Assembly (NCBI RefSeq): GCF_006345805.1
Contig: NC_042997.1
Span: 138,322,001 to 138,386,000, forward strand
Length of the DNA stretch: 64,000 nt
Reading direction: 5' to 3'
From: Octopus sinensis
Lineage: Eukaryota
Shown: positions 13,487 through 26,509 of the stretch, piece after piece
Numbering within the stretch: position 1 is the stretch's first letter
Layout: the number at the start of each line of letters is the position of its first letter
The notes under the pieces: model-generated
The model's input: only the letters and a program-made list of their open reading frames with translations
The model's database searches: none
Told to the model about the DNA's origin: nothing
Program-made: the position numbers and the translations under genes

Positions 13487-13981
13487 CCTGTGTTTAAAAA
13501 CAATATATATTGGAGGGAGATTAAAAACTGTCCCAGCAACTGCTAATGAGACTACCAGATGCACCATAGCCAGACACATGCCTGGACAAGAGTTTCACCT
13601 CGAATATAGGAAACAGTGAATAATACATTCACTGGTATTGCAAACAGCTGTCGGGTTGAATAAATAATCTGGTGTAAGCAATCAAAGCTGTATTAAATTA
13701 AAGCAGTTATAGCTATATTGGTGCTATACTTAATGTACATACACCACAAAATATATTGGATTGTGGTGAAAAATTGTCCTGGCAGCAGCTATCAAGAACA
13801 CAAAACATATTTTGGCCTTCTTGGGCCTTCTCAATGATGTGTACTTGCAGCTAACCATGTGTCTAGATATGACTTGTCACCTCTGATATAAGAAACAGGG
13901 ACAAATATATTTGGCATTCTTGCTAACCACTGTCAGGATGGTTTTTCCACCTCCCTCTGATATATGTGTTTTTAAACCCAG
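13487..13981. mobile_element. TIR-bounded non-autonomous DNA element
   Basis: CTGTGTTTAAAAACAATATATATTGGAGGGAGATTAAAAAC (13488 onward) is an imperfect inverted repeat of about 13930-13981. A third arm lies at about 14452-14522. Confidence 0.55.
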
Positions 13982-13997
13982 CATGTCTACAAGGTGA

Positions 13998-14310
13998 AGT
14001 TGCATGGCTTGGTGGTTAGAGTATTCAGTTCATGATCTTAAGGTTGTGAGTTTGATTTCCAGCAGCATGTTATGTCCTTGAGCAAAACACTCTATTTCAT
14101 GTTGTTCCAGTCTACTCAGTTGGCAAAAATGAGTAGAACATTCATTTCAAAGGAGCTAGCTTTGTCACATTCTTTGCCATGTTGAATCTCCTGAGAACTG
14201 TGTTAAGGTTACGCGTATCTGTGGAGTGCTCAGCCACTTGCATGTTAATTTCACTGTTCCATTGGTCGGATCAACTGGAACCTTCGTCATTGTTACTGAT
14301 GGAATGCCAG
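13998..14310 (+). mobile_element. SINE family B'
   Basis: Colinear with 61732-62060. Confidence 0.8.
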
Positions 14311-15475
14311 TCTATGTCTATAAGAAATTTTGTCTTGGACAAAAACCACTGTAACTTGCCTGTCATTAAGTATGATACATAAATGGCTACTTTAATGTAA
14401 TTCTGTGAGTATATGCTGTTAACAAAATCCAAGAAGGCTGAAATGCACACTATGTTCTCATTAGCTGGTGTTGGGATGGTTTTTCATCTTTCTCCATGAT
14501 ATACATTGTGTTTTTAAACAGGATGGAAACTACAGTAGCTTACCTATTGCTGGTGTATATACATTAAATATTGAGAGCAATTTGGCTGCTATCTTTAGCA
14601 TGTTGAACAACTAGTTAGAATCTTCTTTATTGGCTTGAGATTGTATAGGAGAGACAAGCTGGACTCACAGGTGATGTAGTACATGGTTTAACTAGAAGTA
14701 CATAAAGGAAAATGTGGGATGAACTAAGATGCAGCTTTGAAAAGTAGTCTTTAAAAGCAAGAGTTTGTTGGGGTGTGTTAATATTATAGAACCATATAAG
14801 GCGGCAAGCTGGCAGAATTGTTAGCATGCTGGGCAAAATGCTTAACAGTATTTTTGTCCATCTTCATGTTCTGAGTTCAAATTCCACCAAGGTTGACTTT
14901 GCCTTTCATCCTTTTTGGGGTTGATAAAATAAGAACCACTTGAGCACTGGGGTTGATGTATTTGACTTATCCCTCCCTCCAAAATTGCTGGCCTTGTGCC
15001 AAAATTTGAAACCAGTATTACAGACCCATGTCACCAATGATATCCTCAAGAAATAGACATACATTTGGTGATTAAAAAAAAAAAGATTCTCACAAGGATT
15101 TGGGAGGCAGAAGGTTTTATATAATATAAAAAAAATTATTATGTTATTAAGACAGTTGTGCATGCTTTACAGTGCAATGCTCCTCTTAATGCTAATTACT
15201 TAACTGTGAAATAGAAATTGCACTAATTTTTAGTTAAGATGATTGCCAAGAAAGCAATTGTAATGTGCTGCTTTGTTGTTTATTCCCACTAAACTATGAT
15301 CAAAGGCATTCCAGCTGTGATAATCTTGTATTTTGTTTTCAGAGACAGTAGGAAAATTTGAAGGAGATTTGGCTGATTTATTTAGTTGGCTAGGTGACTA
15401 CATTGTCTTTGTTTCTGTCTGTATCATACTTTAACCTTTCATCACTAGACACAAGGCTATCTCCCTCATTATTAT

Positions 15476-15705
15476 TCCCCTTCTTAGTTGGGGACGCATT
15501 TGACTTGCACGTTACTTGGTGACCTTGCTGGTGCCATGCAAAAAGTGCCCAGTACACTTTGTAAAGTGGTTGGCATTAGTAAAGGTATCCATCTGTGGGA
15601 ACCATGCCAGAGCAGGCAGTTGAGCTTGGAGCAGAGGTAGGTTGCTACCTTATGTGAAACCATCAAATCCATACAAGCATGGAAAATGAATGATGATGAT
15701 GATGT
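15476..15705 (+). mobile_element. RTE-family 3' tail fragment
   Basis: gtggttggcattagtaaaggtatccatctg..atccatacaagcatggaaaatgaatgatgatgatgatg. Confidence 0.65.
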
Positions 15706-16682
15706 CCTTTGTTGAAAGGAAGATTGGAATAATTTCAATCATGCTGCTATGTTGAAATTAATAATCATGGGCTTCTTTGTATCATACCATAGCAATTGTG
15801 TTATGCTATTTGAGCACAGGGTACAGATTAACAGATTAATTAACATAATACTTCATGTGAGTAGTTTGAAGAGATCTGGCAGTAAGATCAATTACTCTAT
15901 CAAGATGTAAATTTCAATTACTTCAAAACAATCCATCTACACAAACAAGAAGAAATATTAACCTCACCCTCAAAATTCAGATTTGTTCATGACTTTCAAT
16001 TAACAATATCATTAATTCATGACCTTTTTTTAAAATTTTTTTTTTTTAACATAAGCTTTTTATTTCTGGGAAATCCTATTTTATTTCTGAATCATTGAAT
16101 TTCTGTATAACTTTTGCCCTTTGACAGCATTTGATCTTAGAATGTTACTGAATACCATTTGCAGTTTACTTGATGCTCTAAGGTAGTGTTTCTCAACCAA
16201 TTTTTATTTCTGGATCCCTTTGATTCCTGTTTTACTTGGATGTGTCTTCCTCTAGCCATTCGATGTTTAACCTTTTAGCGTTTAAACTGACCATATCAGG
16301 CCCAAATATTCTACCTGTTTTATGTTCTAAGTGACCATATCCAGCCCTTCACACCTACCCGACAATGTCAATCTAAAAACAAACAAAGCTACAAGACAAT
16401 GTATGATAAATACAAAGCAATGTGAATAAATAATATTTGATTATACTACCAAATCTTAATCAGTCTTTATGTGTGAATATTATCTTGGAAAATTGACCAA
16501 CTGACCAGCCATATTTTTTTTTCTTTTAAATATATAGCCTTCCATGAGATTGATATAGTGGCAAAAAGGCTGAATTTATAGAGTACTGAACTCCTTATGG
16601 CTCTATTCTGAAAGTCATTACAGGTGTTTTATTATTTTTACTTAATGAGATACTTAATTCAATGTACACCTTCCTATTAGAA

Positions 16683-17007
16683 ATGGCTCAGTGGTTAGAG
16701 TGTCTGGCTCACAATCATGAGGTAGTAAGTTTGATTCCCAGACCGGTCTGTATTGTGTTCTTGAGCGAGACACTTAATTTCACATTGATACAGTTCATTC
16801 AGCTGTAGAAATGAGTTGTGATGTCACTGGGATAAAGCTGTATCAGCTTTTGCCTTTCCCTTGAATAATATCAATGGTGTGGAGAGGGGAGGATGGTATG
16901 CATGGGTGACTGCTGGTCTTCCATAAACAACCTTGTCCGAACTTGTGTCTCGGAGGGTAACTTTCTAGGTGCAATCCCATGGTCATTCATGATCAAAGGG
17001 GGTCTTT
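16683..17007 (+). mobile_element. CORE-like SINE family B
   Basis: Colinear with 8418-8740. Confidence 0.85.
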
Positions 17008-19194
17008 ATATTTATAAACTCTTAGGTTATGATATTTGTACGATACTAGGACCTTTTCCTGAGGGTTATATACATATATAGTCATATAACTGGAGTCTTG
17101 GAAACATTTACTATAAATACAAATTGCAGATGAATCTCATATTATGAATATATTTATAAGGTTGATATTAATCTTGGCTATTTAGATTAAATATATATAT
17201 ATATATATTTTAAAATCTAATTATATAACATTTCCGTGAAGGCAATAGTATAGCCAAAATAACTAGATTTTTAGATATGAACTTGTCCTTGGAAGCTTCA
17301 TCCCACACATTTGCTGATGTGAAATGACCAAACATACTTATATAGTAGATAATACTGTTGCTATGGCCGGAAATCATCTTCAACTTGACTGTTATTTCTG
17401 TACCAAGCTGGATTAAGCAGTACAGCAGCTATTTTCAACCAATCAATACACTGTCTTACCTGAATTTCAAGTTCTTTATCATGATGCAGATTATGATATA
17501 GTATTAAAGGTTTTGGGCTGAAAGATTTAATCTATTAATGTCGTTTTACTATTTTTTTTTTTTTTTACATTTTTTTTCACCCTAGCTTCCTTTATTTTCT
17601 GTTTTGCCTTTTTTTTTTCTCAGGCTTTCATTTTTTATTTAAATAGATTTGAAACTTATCCAAACAGTTTGTTTCTGATTATTGATTAGTTGTTTCATGT
17701 AATTATTTGAAGTGGTTAACAAGTCTAACAGGATTAATTTTATATATTATGTTTATGACGATTGTATATTTTGTGGGTGAATAACAAACATTAATAGAAT
17801 TTACTTTACAGTTAGATGACTGAAATTTTTTTATCTGAAATCAAATGTTTTGATGTTTTTGGTTACTTCTGTGTATTTTTTGTGATGAAGTTGTCCTGAT
17901 AACCGTTTATCTCATATTTTCTCTCTGGCGAAGGACATACTATAAGTAGGTTAGACATTTCTAGAGGAGTGAGTAAATGAGCTTGGTAGGTGCATATTGA
18001 ATTGCTATTATTTTCAATTTCATTGGTTCTGATATCTAGTTTGTAGCTGAAGGCTTAATGTGGAAGAAAGTTGTGGTTGGTTTTGAGATTATATAGTGTA
18101 AGTTTGTAAAGGAAGATACTTCAGCTACAGAAGGAGAGCTAAGAAAAAGTAATATTTGTTTTGTAGTCTAAATGGTTGATTTCTTTCTTTTATGTCTTTA
18201 TATTAAAAAAAAAAAATACCATTGCACATTTTAAGCTCCTTGTGTGATTCAGTGATTGTTTAAAATCACTTAATGATTATCTCACTCAACAAGATAATTA
18301 GTAGTTATTAATGTAACTATAACTTCAACAAATTTGAGAATCCACCCTCTCTGTGTTCTATCATGTTTGAACTGCTTAACAGCCTCTGTTTACACCCACA
18401 TAACTAAAAAGAGAGAAAGAAAAAAAAGAAACTGTTATAGATTTTGAATTCCAGCATAAATCAACATAAAGAAAATTTTATGTTGATAGTTCTTTTCTTT
18501 TGTTGCTGACTATCAGTATAAATAATTAATCTTTTTATAAACCTCTGAGACTCACGAGACTAGTTCTTTAATTCTAGTTTCTGTACTGTGAATAGGACAA
18601 GTCCAATGCAGGTAACTATGCTAAAAGATCTTAGTACCGATTCATAAAAGCTAAGTAAGCTGAGACTTGGAAGAATAAAGTGTCTTGACAAAGTCACAAA
18701 ACATTAGAACTCAAATTACTCTGAGCTGGTGGTTGTTGTTTAGCTCCAAGTCAGCTCTGCTAGAGTAGACATTTGCTCAGAGCCTTTCAAAGAATGACCC
18801 TGTTTTTATCTTCAGGAATAGTGTGCCTCGGATTACATTTTTCAGTGTGTTCATTTTTAAGATGGTAGAGTGCAGTTTGAAGGAATTTTGGGTCTTATTT
18901 CTGGCAGGTTGAGCAACAGCAGCATGGCTATGTGGTTAAGGAAATCACTTTGCTACCACTTGGTTTTGGGTTCAGTCTTACTGCATGGCATTTTGGGCAA
19001 TACCTTGTGAGTGAATTTGGTCAGCAGAAACTATTAGAAAGCCAGGTATATTATATATTTGTAAAATGTGTGTGTGTGTCTGTGTTATGTTTGTTCCCAC
19101 TTGCCATTTGATAAATCATACTCAAATCCACCTATGTATACATCTATAGAATTATGTGTGTGAATGTATGAACCAAAGAGGGAACCGCCACATA

Positions 19195-20185
19195 ACCTGC
19201 TAAAAATAGCAACCAAATCTCCATCTTTAATTTCAATATTTGAGTGTGTGTTATGCATATAAATATGTAGATGTGCATATGTGCATATTATAATGCATGT
19301 TGTTTGTGGTTTTAAATTTTGCTTGATGAAACTTGAAATTTCAAGTCAACACAAATTTTCTAACAAAGTTTGACTTTATTCTGAGTATTGAGCCCATCCA
19401 TTAGTAAATGTTCTGTTGTTATTTTTAAACTTGCTTTCAGTTTATAATATTTAATTTCACACACACACATGCACACACCAGTTACTATTTGACTCCTGTC
19501 TCGGCCTGATAGAAATAGCTGCCAAAAGTACACAAATCTCACTCTGCATTTTTCATGTATAATCCTATGAGACCAACCTCTACATTGCAGTTAGATCTGA
19601 TAGAAATAGTTGCCAAATCTCCCAGCTAATGTCTTCTGTGTATATGTTTTCCTCTGCTTGGAATAGCAAATAAATTTCTCTTAAGAGATAGCTACTGCTT
19701 TAAGTGGATATGGGCCACAGTGTATGTGGTAGCATGGTCTGCTTGAAATAGTAGCCAGATCTCCCTCAAATCACACCCTTCTGTCTTATGTAAGATCTGG
19801 TAACAATCTTATCAGGTGCTGATCTAGTAGACATAAAGGCCAAATTTCTTTCACATCACACCCTATTAACTTATACACACACACGCACACATATATATAT
19901 GGACATATGTATAAGCAACAAAAGAGTTGTCTATATTGCCGCTACACCTTGTAGAAATAGCATCCAGTTCTTCAAATCATACTTTACTGTCTTAGCCAAT
20001 GAGGGTGCTGGTATGGGGTATTTCAAATTGAAAGAAATAACAGCTAAATTTCTCTCAAATAACACCCTTCTGACTGTATATTTATATGTATGTATGAAGT
20101 AACATACAAGATATTACTTGACATATGTTAGCTTGACATATCAGAAAGAGGAGCCAGTTCTCTCACAGATCACATCCTTCTGTAT
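19195..20185 (+). repeat. Irregular array of about 9 copies of a 40-45 bp module (reverse 3' end of family E)
   Basis: GAAATAGCAGCCAAATCTCCCTCAAATCACACCCT-like modules near 19201, 19512, 19603, 19661, 19745, 19829, 19954, 20034 and 20144. Confidence 0.65.
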
Positions 20186-20564
20186 TGTGTTGTTTTGATG
20201 CAATACTCGAATACTGTTTGTCATCAATATTGCAATTCTCATCAATATTTAATTGTATTTTCTAGATTGACATGTTTGATCAGGTTCCTAAATTTTCTCT
20301 CTCCAGTTATTCCCCCAACTCACCTTGGTTTAGTCATTGTTCAGATTTCGATTTTCTATTTAGCTTACAATATTCTAACAGTATTTCATTTGAGTTATGG
20401 CCATGTGGTTATGAAGCTTGCTTTCCAACCATGCGCTTTCAGGTTCAGTACCGTTGCACAGCACTTTGAATAAGTGTCTTCTGCTAGAGCTCTGGGCTGA
20501 CCAATGACTTGAGTGGATTTGATAGACAGAAACTGAAAGAAACCCATCATATATACTATAATCA

Positions 20565-20790
20565 CCATCAACATTTAACGTCTGTTTTCCATGCTGGGAT
20601 AGGTTGGATGGCTTGACAGGAACTGGCAAGGCCAAGGGCCTCACTATGTTCTGTAGTTTGTTTTGGTTTGGTTTCTACAGCTGGATGCCCTTCCTAATGC
20701 CAACCACTTTACAAAGTGTATCGGGTACTTTTTTATGTGGCATCATCACCAGTACCAATGCTTTTTATGTGGTTTTAGAATCTCAATACC
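20565..20790 (-). mobile_element. RTE-family 3' tail fragment
   Basis: catcaacatttaacgtctgttttccatgctgg..gctggatgcccttcctaatgccaaccac. Confidence 0.7.
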
Positions 20791-22265
20791 ATTGTGGTGG
20801 TGGGTCTTCTTGCATCAAATATCTCAGTCCTCTTTCATCTCTTTCATAAAGCTCAGCATAATGAGATCAGCCTTCAATATAAATATATATATATATATAT
20901 ATATAAACTAATGTCGCCGTCTCACAAGCAGTGTCATTTGTTTCCAGTCTTTTGGAAACTTGTGAGATTTGGCAATAGGAAGGGCATCCAGTTGTAGAAA
21001 ATCTGCTTCATTGAATTTAGTCTGATCCACATAAGTATGGAAAAATGGACGTTAAAACTATGATGCTGCTGATGATGATTCTCCTCTTATTTTAGTGAAA
21101 ATATAATTGTTTCTCTTGACATTTGAAAGACTTGAAAATTTGACTCAGACATTCACTGGTAAATTTCTGTTTTTAGACTGGTCATATGGGATTAGTTTCT
21201 TTACTGGCATAGCGAAAGCATTGTCTACTATCTTCTAATATTATTAATTCTTTTGGGAATGACATGCAACCTAACTTCTCATTGTCTTAAAAACTATTTG
21301 TCAGTTATATCTTTCATCAAGAAGCATGTTCGTTTCATTAAGAACAAAACAAATTCTGTTTATTTGATGAAAATCCAAACCTGGTTGTTCTACTTTGTTA
21401 TTATCGTATTTGTGTATCCAATATAGTATACTAGTTTTGATCAATAGGATCTATATATCATGTAAAGAATGCTAAGTAATAATTGATTGTTGAGCTTTCT
21501 TGCTGTTAGTTTACTGGTAGGCCTTGTCTGCTATAGTTCTAGATTTTTATTTTTTCAATAACTGCCTTAAACATTCTGAATTAAATTCTTTCATTTCTAT
21601 AGTAAACTCATAACTTGAGTAAAGCTTTCTTGATTACTTGAAGATAACACATAACTTTTTATTATTACTTTTTTACTAAAGATAATTTCTTACAGAAACT
21701 GTAAGACCATGTAATGTTTTGGACCACATCTGGTTTTAATATTTTATAACATGACATATACTAAAAAGAATTCACATAATTTATCATGAATTCAATTCAT
21801 CCTATTCTTTCCAAGTTTCTGCTGCTTGATCTGTCATAACTATATAACATATACTTCTCATGTATTACATACATTGTTGAGTGTTAATAACTTTGCTTTA
21901 CGATCAGTAGATATTATGTTCCACTGTGTAGCATCCTAAGCAAGTGTCTTTTACTGTAGCCTTGGGTCAACCTAAACTTTGCGAGTGAAATTGGTGGCTA
22001 GATTGAAACTGCATGAAAGCTTTGTCACAAAGTGTCGTTGATTTGGTTTGAAAATTACATTAAGGGTTCACATGTCATAGAATATTCAGGCATATAGGTG
22101 TTAATTTAATGTGTAGATAGTTTTTCAACTGATGGAACAACTGATTGTTAAAAACTTATGATGGCATCATCATCATTACATAAGTGAAAATGACTTGTTA
22201 GCAGTCCTTGACCAGTATGTCCAGATCAAAATTATTGATAAATGTACACTTTTCTATCAATAGAT

Positions 22266-22630
22266 TTTCCATCCGTTCACCTTCTCTGCTCACTACTCTT
22301 GAGAGAGTCAATGGGTTAGAGCCTTCCGGACCCTCTTCCATAGGAGGAGTTGCTAAGGAAGTGTAATAATGGTTATTCTGTTAAAAGTAACTGTCATTAG
22401 ATTTCCTGCCTAGATTCCCAAGCATGACCAATTGAGATTATGGATATAATCTAACCATCTCATTCTTAGTCTACCCTTAAGTCTCCTGCCAGTTGGCTCA
22501 GCTTGCAGAATCTTGCAGTTCTTTCCTTCAGTATTCTTATCACATGTCTGTAGTACTGGAGCTATGACCTCTCAATGTGGACAAGTAACAGTCCGACCTG
22601 GAGAGACTCTCTGATCTCCAAACCCTGCAG
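22266..22630 (-). mobile_element. Decayed Rex3/Expander-like (RTE-group) LINE 3' end
   Basis: Minus-strand translation HIERS*LQYYRHVIRI / ILQAEPTGRRLKGRLRMRWLDYIHNLNWSCLGI. Confidence 0.7.
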
Positions 22631-23559
22631 GATTGATAGATTAGATTGTATCAATACATTGTATTGCGTCAGTTGATTAGTTCCTACCAATATATTGTAT
22701 TCTCTCAATAGATTAGTTTCTACTAATAGATTAAATTCTATTTGTGGATTGTATTATTGCAGTAGATTGGAATTAGTAGAGATTAATTACTACATGGTTG
22801 TCAGTTTTACATATCACAAGACTTGAGAAATAAAGAGAACAATTTTTTATAATCTAAAAAAATAATTTCAAAATCTTTTGAAAAAAATATTGATGGTAAT
22901 TTACAGAAATTTTATCAATTTAAAAATTAGATTACTTCTATCAGCACAGCTGAGAGAAGCTGGATTATTGTGCTTAACGATCTTATTAAAACAACATTTC
23001 ATTATGGTTTAAGTTTGTTATATGAAATGTATTAAATCAACAGCATGGAGAACATGGTTTCTTTTTTTTTTTATTATTTAATTGGTAAATACTTTCTCAG
23101 CAGAAGCTTTAAGATCTTTACAAATGACTAAACTTATATTTGTCATGTTTCTCCTTCAGTTACTGCAACACACTCTGCTTCTCTAGTCTTATTGTAAAAT
23201 TTTGTTTTCCTTTATGTGAATAACAGTTTAGATTTGAGTTAAATCATGTTGGGCCCATTAGTGCAGTTGTTGTTTAGCCCCAAGATATCACTATGATTAA
23301 GCACATTCAAGCTGTGTTCATCTTGTTTTTAAGATTGTGTATTGAGGACTACATTTGGAAAAATCATAGAAGTATTTAGTAACTTGATTTGATGTTGGGA
23401 GTGAAAGAATCTAGTGTTTCAGGCACTTTATTTCAAGTAAAGCAATCTGTAGAAGTGTCATCGGCATCTTCCATCCCTCCACATTGGTCTCATATAAACC
23501 TATGGACTCACACTTCTACTTTGACTTTTCTTCCTTACATCCCACTCTCACCAAATCTA

Positions 23560-23870
23560 CCATCCCATTCTCACAATACTTACAGTACCACTACTTCTGC
23601 AGTAAAGACCCTGACTTTATTTTCAAGTCACAGTAAATGCATTATTTTTTCTCTCTCATGTGAGTAGCTTTAACCTATTGTGGGCACTGCCCTTGACTGG
23701 ACACATTAGCCACATGCACTAGTTGCCATGGATCCTTTTTTTGGTTCACTCAATGTTCAAGAATCTTGGACTAGCTACAAAGGAGTCAAAAGATACTGCC
23801 AGAAAATTGTTGGAAGCTGCTAAGAAAGCAAGCCATTACATCTTGTTGAAGAGCGAGTACAATTGTTGCA
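23560..23870 (+). mobile_element. Decayed restriction-like-endonuclease (RLE) non-LTR element 3' end, HERO/R2-superfamily-like
   Basis: RP*/LFSSHSKCIIF..SCE resembles the RPD...ELT motif. VHSMFKNLGLATKESKDTARKLLEAAKKASHYILLK resembles the LAEAAEKASHWIWLK C-terminus (recalled consensus). Confidence 0.55.
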
Positions 23871-24381
23871 GCAAAAACAAGTAACGAGGATGGTAGAAAC
23901 ATCTGGCCTAGAATCACAACATAACACAACTTGTACTGTTGTGTGGGAATTTTGTCACCTGCATTGGTGGGTGGTTCCAGGCAAGTTTGATGTTGCTGTG
24001 GAAGGGGCTGAAATACACACAGAGCTGCTTCATTGCCTGATGAGACATTGATTCCTGCATTTGGATACAGAGTACATCAGCACCATCAGCACACAAGTGT
24101 TTACTGTAAAAGCAGTGCAGTTTTTAACCCAGGAGATGAAAAGTAATCATGATGAATTTTTGTTAAAGTATTTGTAGACTGAAGGATCAAGCTACAAGTG
24201 TAAGTTTCAGTCAATTCAAATTGTTAGTGATTAGTTGATAGCAAGAACATCAAAAGAGCTGCAATTATTATAGGAAATATTAGCCAAAAAGTTGAGTCTA
24301 TTTAATTCCAAGAAAAAGGTATAAAAGGACATTAAATACTCTCTACTCACCTTGAGTGCAGATATGCTTGTTAGGTATATG

Positions 24382-24829
24382 CCATTTTAATGTCCACTTT
24401 TCCATGTTTGCATGGGTTAGACAGAGTTCATTGAGGAAAATTTTCGATGGTAAGATGTTCTTCCTGTCACGAACCCTCACCAGTTTCCAAGCAAGGTAAT
24501 ATTTCCCCATGGTCAGACACACTTACACAGAATAATGGATATGAATGACACTGCTTGCATGACAGTGATACTCATTTACAACTATCACGTGATGTCAAGA
24601 CAAGGGGGGACCCACTCACTTATTCACATGAACATAGACATACATTCACATACACACATGCATATATATGATGGGATTCTTTCAGTTTCTGTTTACCAAA
24701 TCCATTCACATGGCTTTGGTCTGCCTAAGGTTATATTAGGAGATACTTGTCCAAGGTGTCACATAGTGGGACTTAACCCATAGCCATGTGGCTGGGAAGA
24801 ATCTTCTCAAGCACACAACCATGACTCCA
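24382..24829 (-). mobile_element. SINE family A with RTE-type tail
   Basis: It has the same head and central domain, but ends in gagggttcgtgacaggaagaacatc..aacccatgcaaacatggaaaagtggacattaaa. Confidence 0.8.
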
Positions 24830-26098
24830 GTTAAGAGTCAATGTTTTGTACCATACCATTTAAATTTACTCCATGCAACAGTGAAGAGGAGAGAAACTGG
24901 AGCAGATTTTTTTTTTATCTTGAAAAAGAACACGTTCTTGCCATTTTCATCCGGCTATATTTGGTTGTTTTATGAATGGTTGTTAGTCAAAGAGAGATAG
25001 TCTTAGCAAGTATAGAAAGTATGAGATATGGACGAAAGTAACTGGATATTTGTCAATGGAAATTTAAGCAGTGTGTTCCTCACTACAATAGGCTGCATAG
25101 TAGTAATGAACAAATCAATAAAAACAGTTGATGTGGATGTTGTATAAGCTTTCCTGTCATTCATAGCAGTGCAAAATTATAATAATGCTTTCAAATTTTG
25201 GCACAAGGCATGCTCAGCTGATTATTATTTTATTGACCCTCAAAGGATGAAAGCCAAAGTTGACCTTGGTGGAATTTGAACTCAGAAAGTAAAGATGGGT
25301 GAAATGTTGCTAAGCATTTTGCCCGGTGTGCTAATAATTCTGCCAACTCACCATCTTAGTGTAAAATTATAATAATGATAAAAATAATTGTTTCTGCTTT
25401 AGACACAAGGTCAGCACTTTTGAGAGGAGGAATTTAATAATATTATCAACTCTAATACTTGATTGGTACTTTATTTCCTTGACTCTGGAAGGACAGAAAG
25501 TAAAGTTTACCTCAATGGAATTTGAACTCAGGATGTAAAGAGCCTGAAGAAACACCACAAAGTATTTTTTTTCTACTGCTCTAATGATTCTCTCAGCTTG
25601 CCACTTTAATTAATAATGAAAATAACAGTGATGTCCTTATCAAAAATTTTCTGATGTTGATGTAGGTCAGGCCAAATGTATATTTTTCCATTGCATTGGT
25701 CTGGTGAAAGGGGTTGTGTCCATAGCCTTTGCAGACCCTTTGGAACCAATGTTGTTAATGTTCCTCTTGGATATATGTAAGTCTCACAGATTTTATCTTT
25801 TGATGATACTTGGGTGTAAAAGGTTAGAAAGGAATGAAGGGTGGTATTATTTTTCTAGGAAAGAGCACTGTTGGAATTGACAGCAAGAAGATTATGCATA
25901 GAAAGTAGATTGTCAAGGACAAATCCAAACTCTGAATTATATTATAGTTGGTAGTTGAGGTCAGCAAGAGTGGAATTTGACAGGAAGCCAACTGACCCAT
26001 GAGATCAGATGGATGCAACCTATAGGTGAGCCCTTTTACCTGGAAACTTGTGTGTAAGACAACTGAAAGCCTTATTGATGTTAAAGAACAACAAAACT

Positions 26099-26509
26099 AT
26101 GTGAAGTATATTTGCCATCTAAATGTGGCTAACCACTAAGGGTGGATGTTACTATAGCTTGTAGCCCCAGGAGAACATCTCCAGATGGCTATTGACACAC
26201 TTTCTGTGCCCTATCGGTATTTGCAAAGGGAAGCCATCCTTCCCATCGTCGACCTGACGTGATATGCACAGACCCGGGTTTCTGGTTATTTACCCGTCAT
26301 CAGTGCACGACAATCACCGGTCTTTGATGCGAAGGGGTCCCAATGCAAATACATATATCCTTTTTCCAGTGACTTTTCGTCACTGATCTCAAAAATGTGT
26401 AAACAAGCAATAATAAATCTATGAACGAGGTATAAACAGTAACTGCACGACAATGTGAAGTATATTTGCCATCTAAATGTGGCTAACCATTAAGGGTGGA
26501 TTTATTATA
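26099..26509 (-). mobile_element. Non-autonomous hammerhead-bearing retroelement (Penelope-like/retrozyme-like), about 411 bp
   Basis: A 49-bp direct repeat with 1 mismatch (26099-26147 and 26453-26501) extends about 8 more bp, giving a period of 354. An 11-12 bp target-site duplication flanks it (acaacaaaact 26088-26098, acaacacaact 26510-26520). It is inserted into a decayed CR1 RT and is CpG-rich relative to the flanks. Confidence 0.75.
26266..26308 (-). ncRNA. Type I hammerhead ribozyme (minimal, palindromic stem III)
   Basis: The minus strand reads GTGCA-CTGATGA-CGGGTAAATAACCA-GAAA-CCCGGG-TC/TGTGC. It has a full catalytic core, a GUC cleavage triplet (cut between 26271 and 26270) and a perfect palindromic stem III (ACCCGGGU). 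Stem I is 5 bp with two G-U pairs. Stem II is imperfect (C-A closing pair). Confidence 0.8.
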
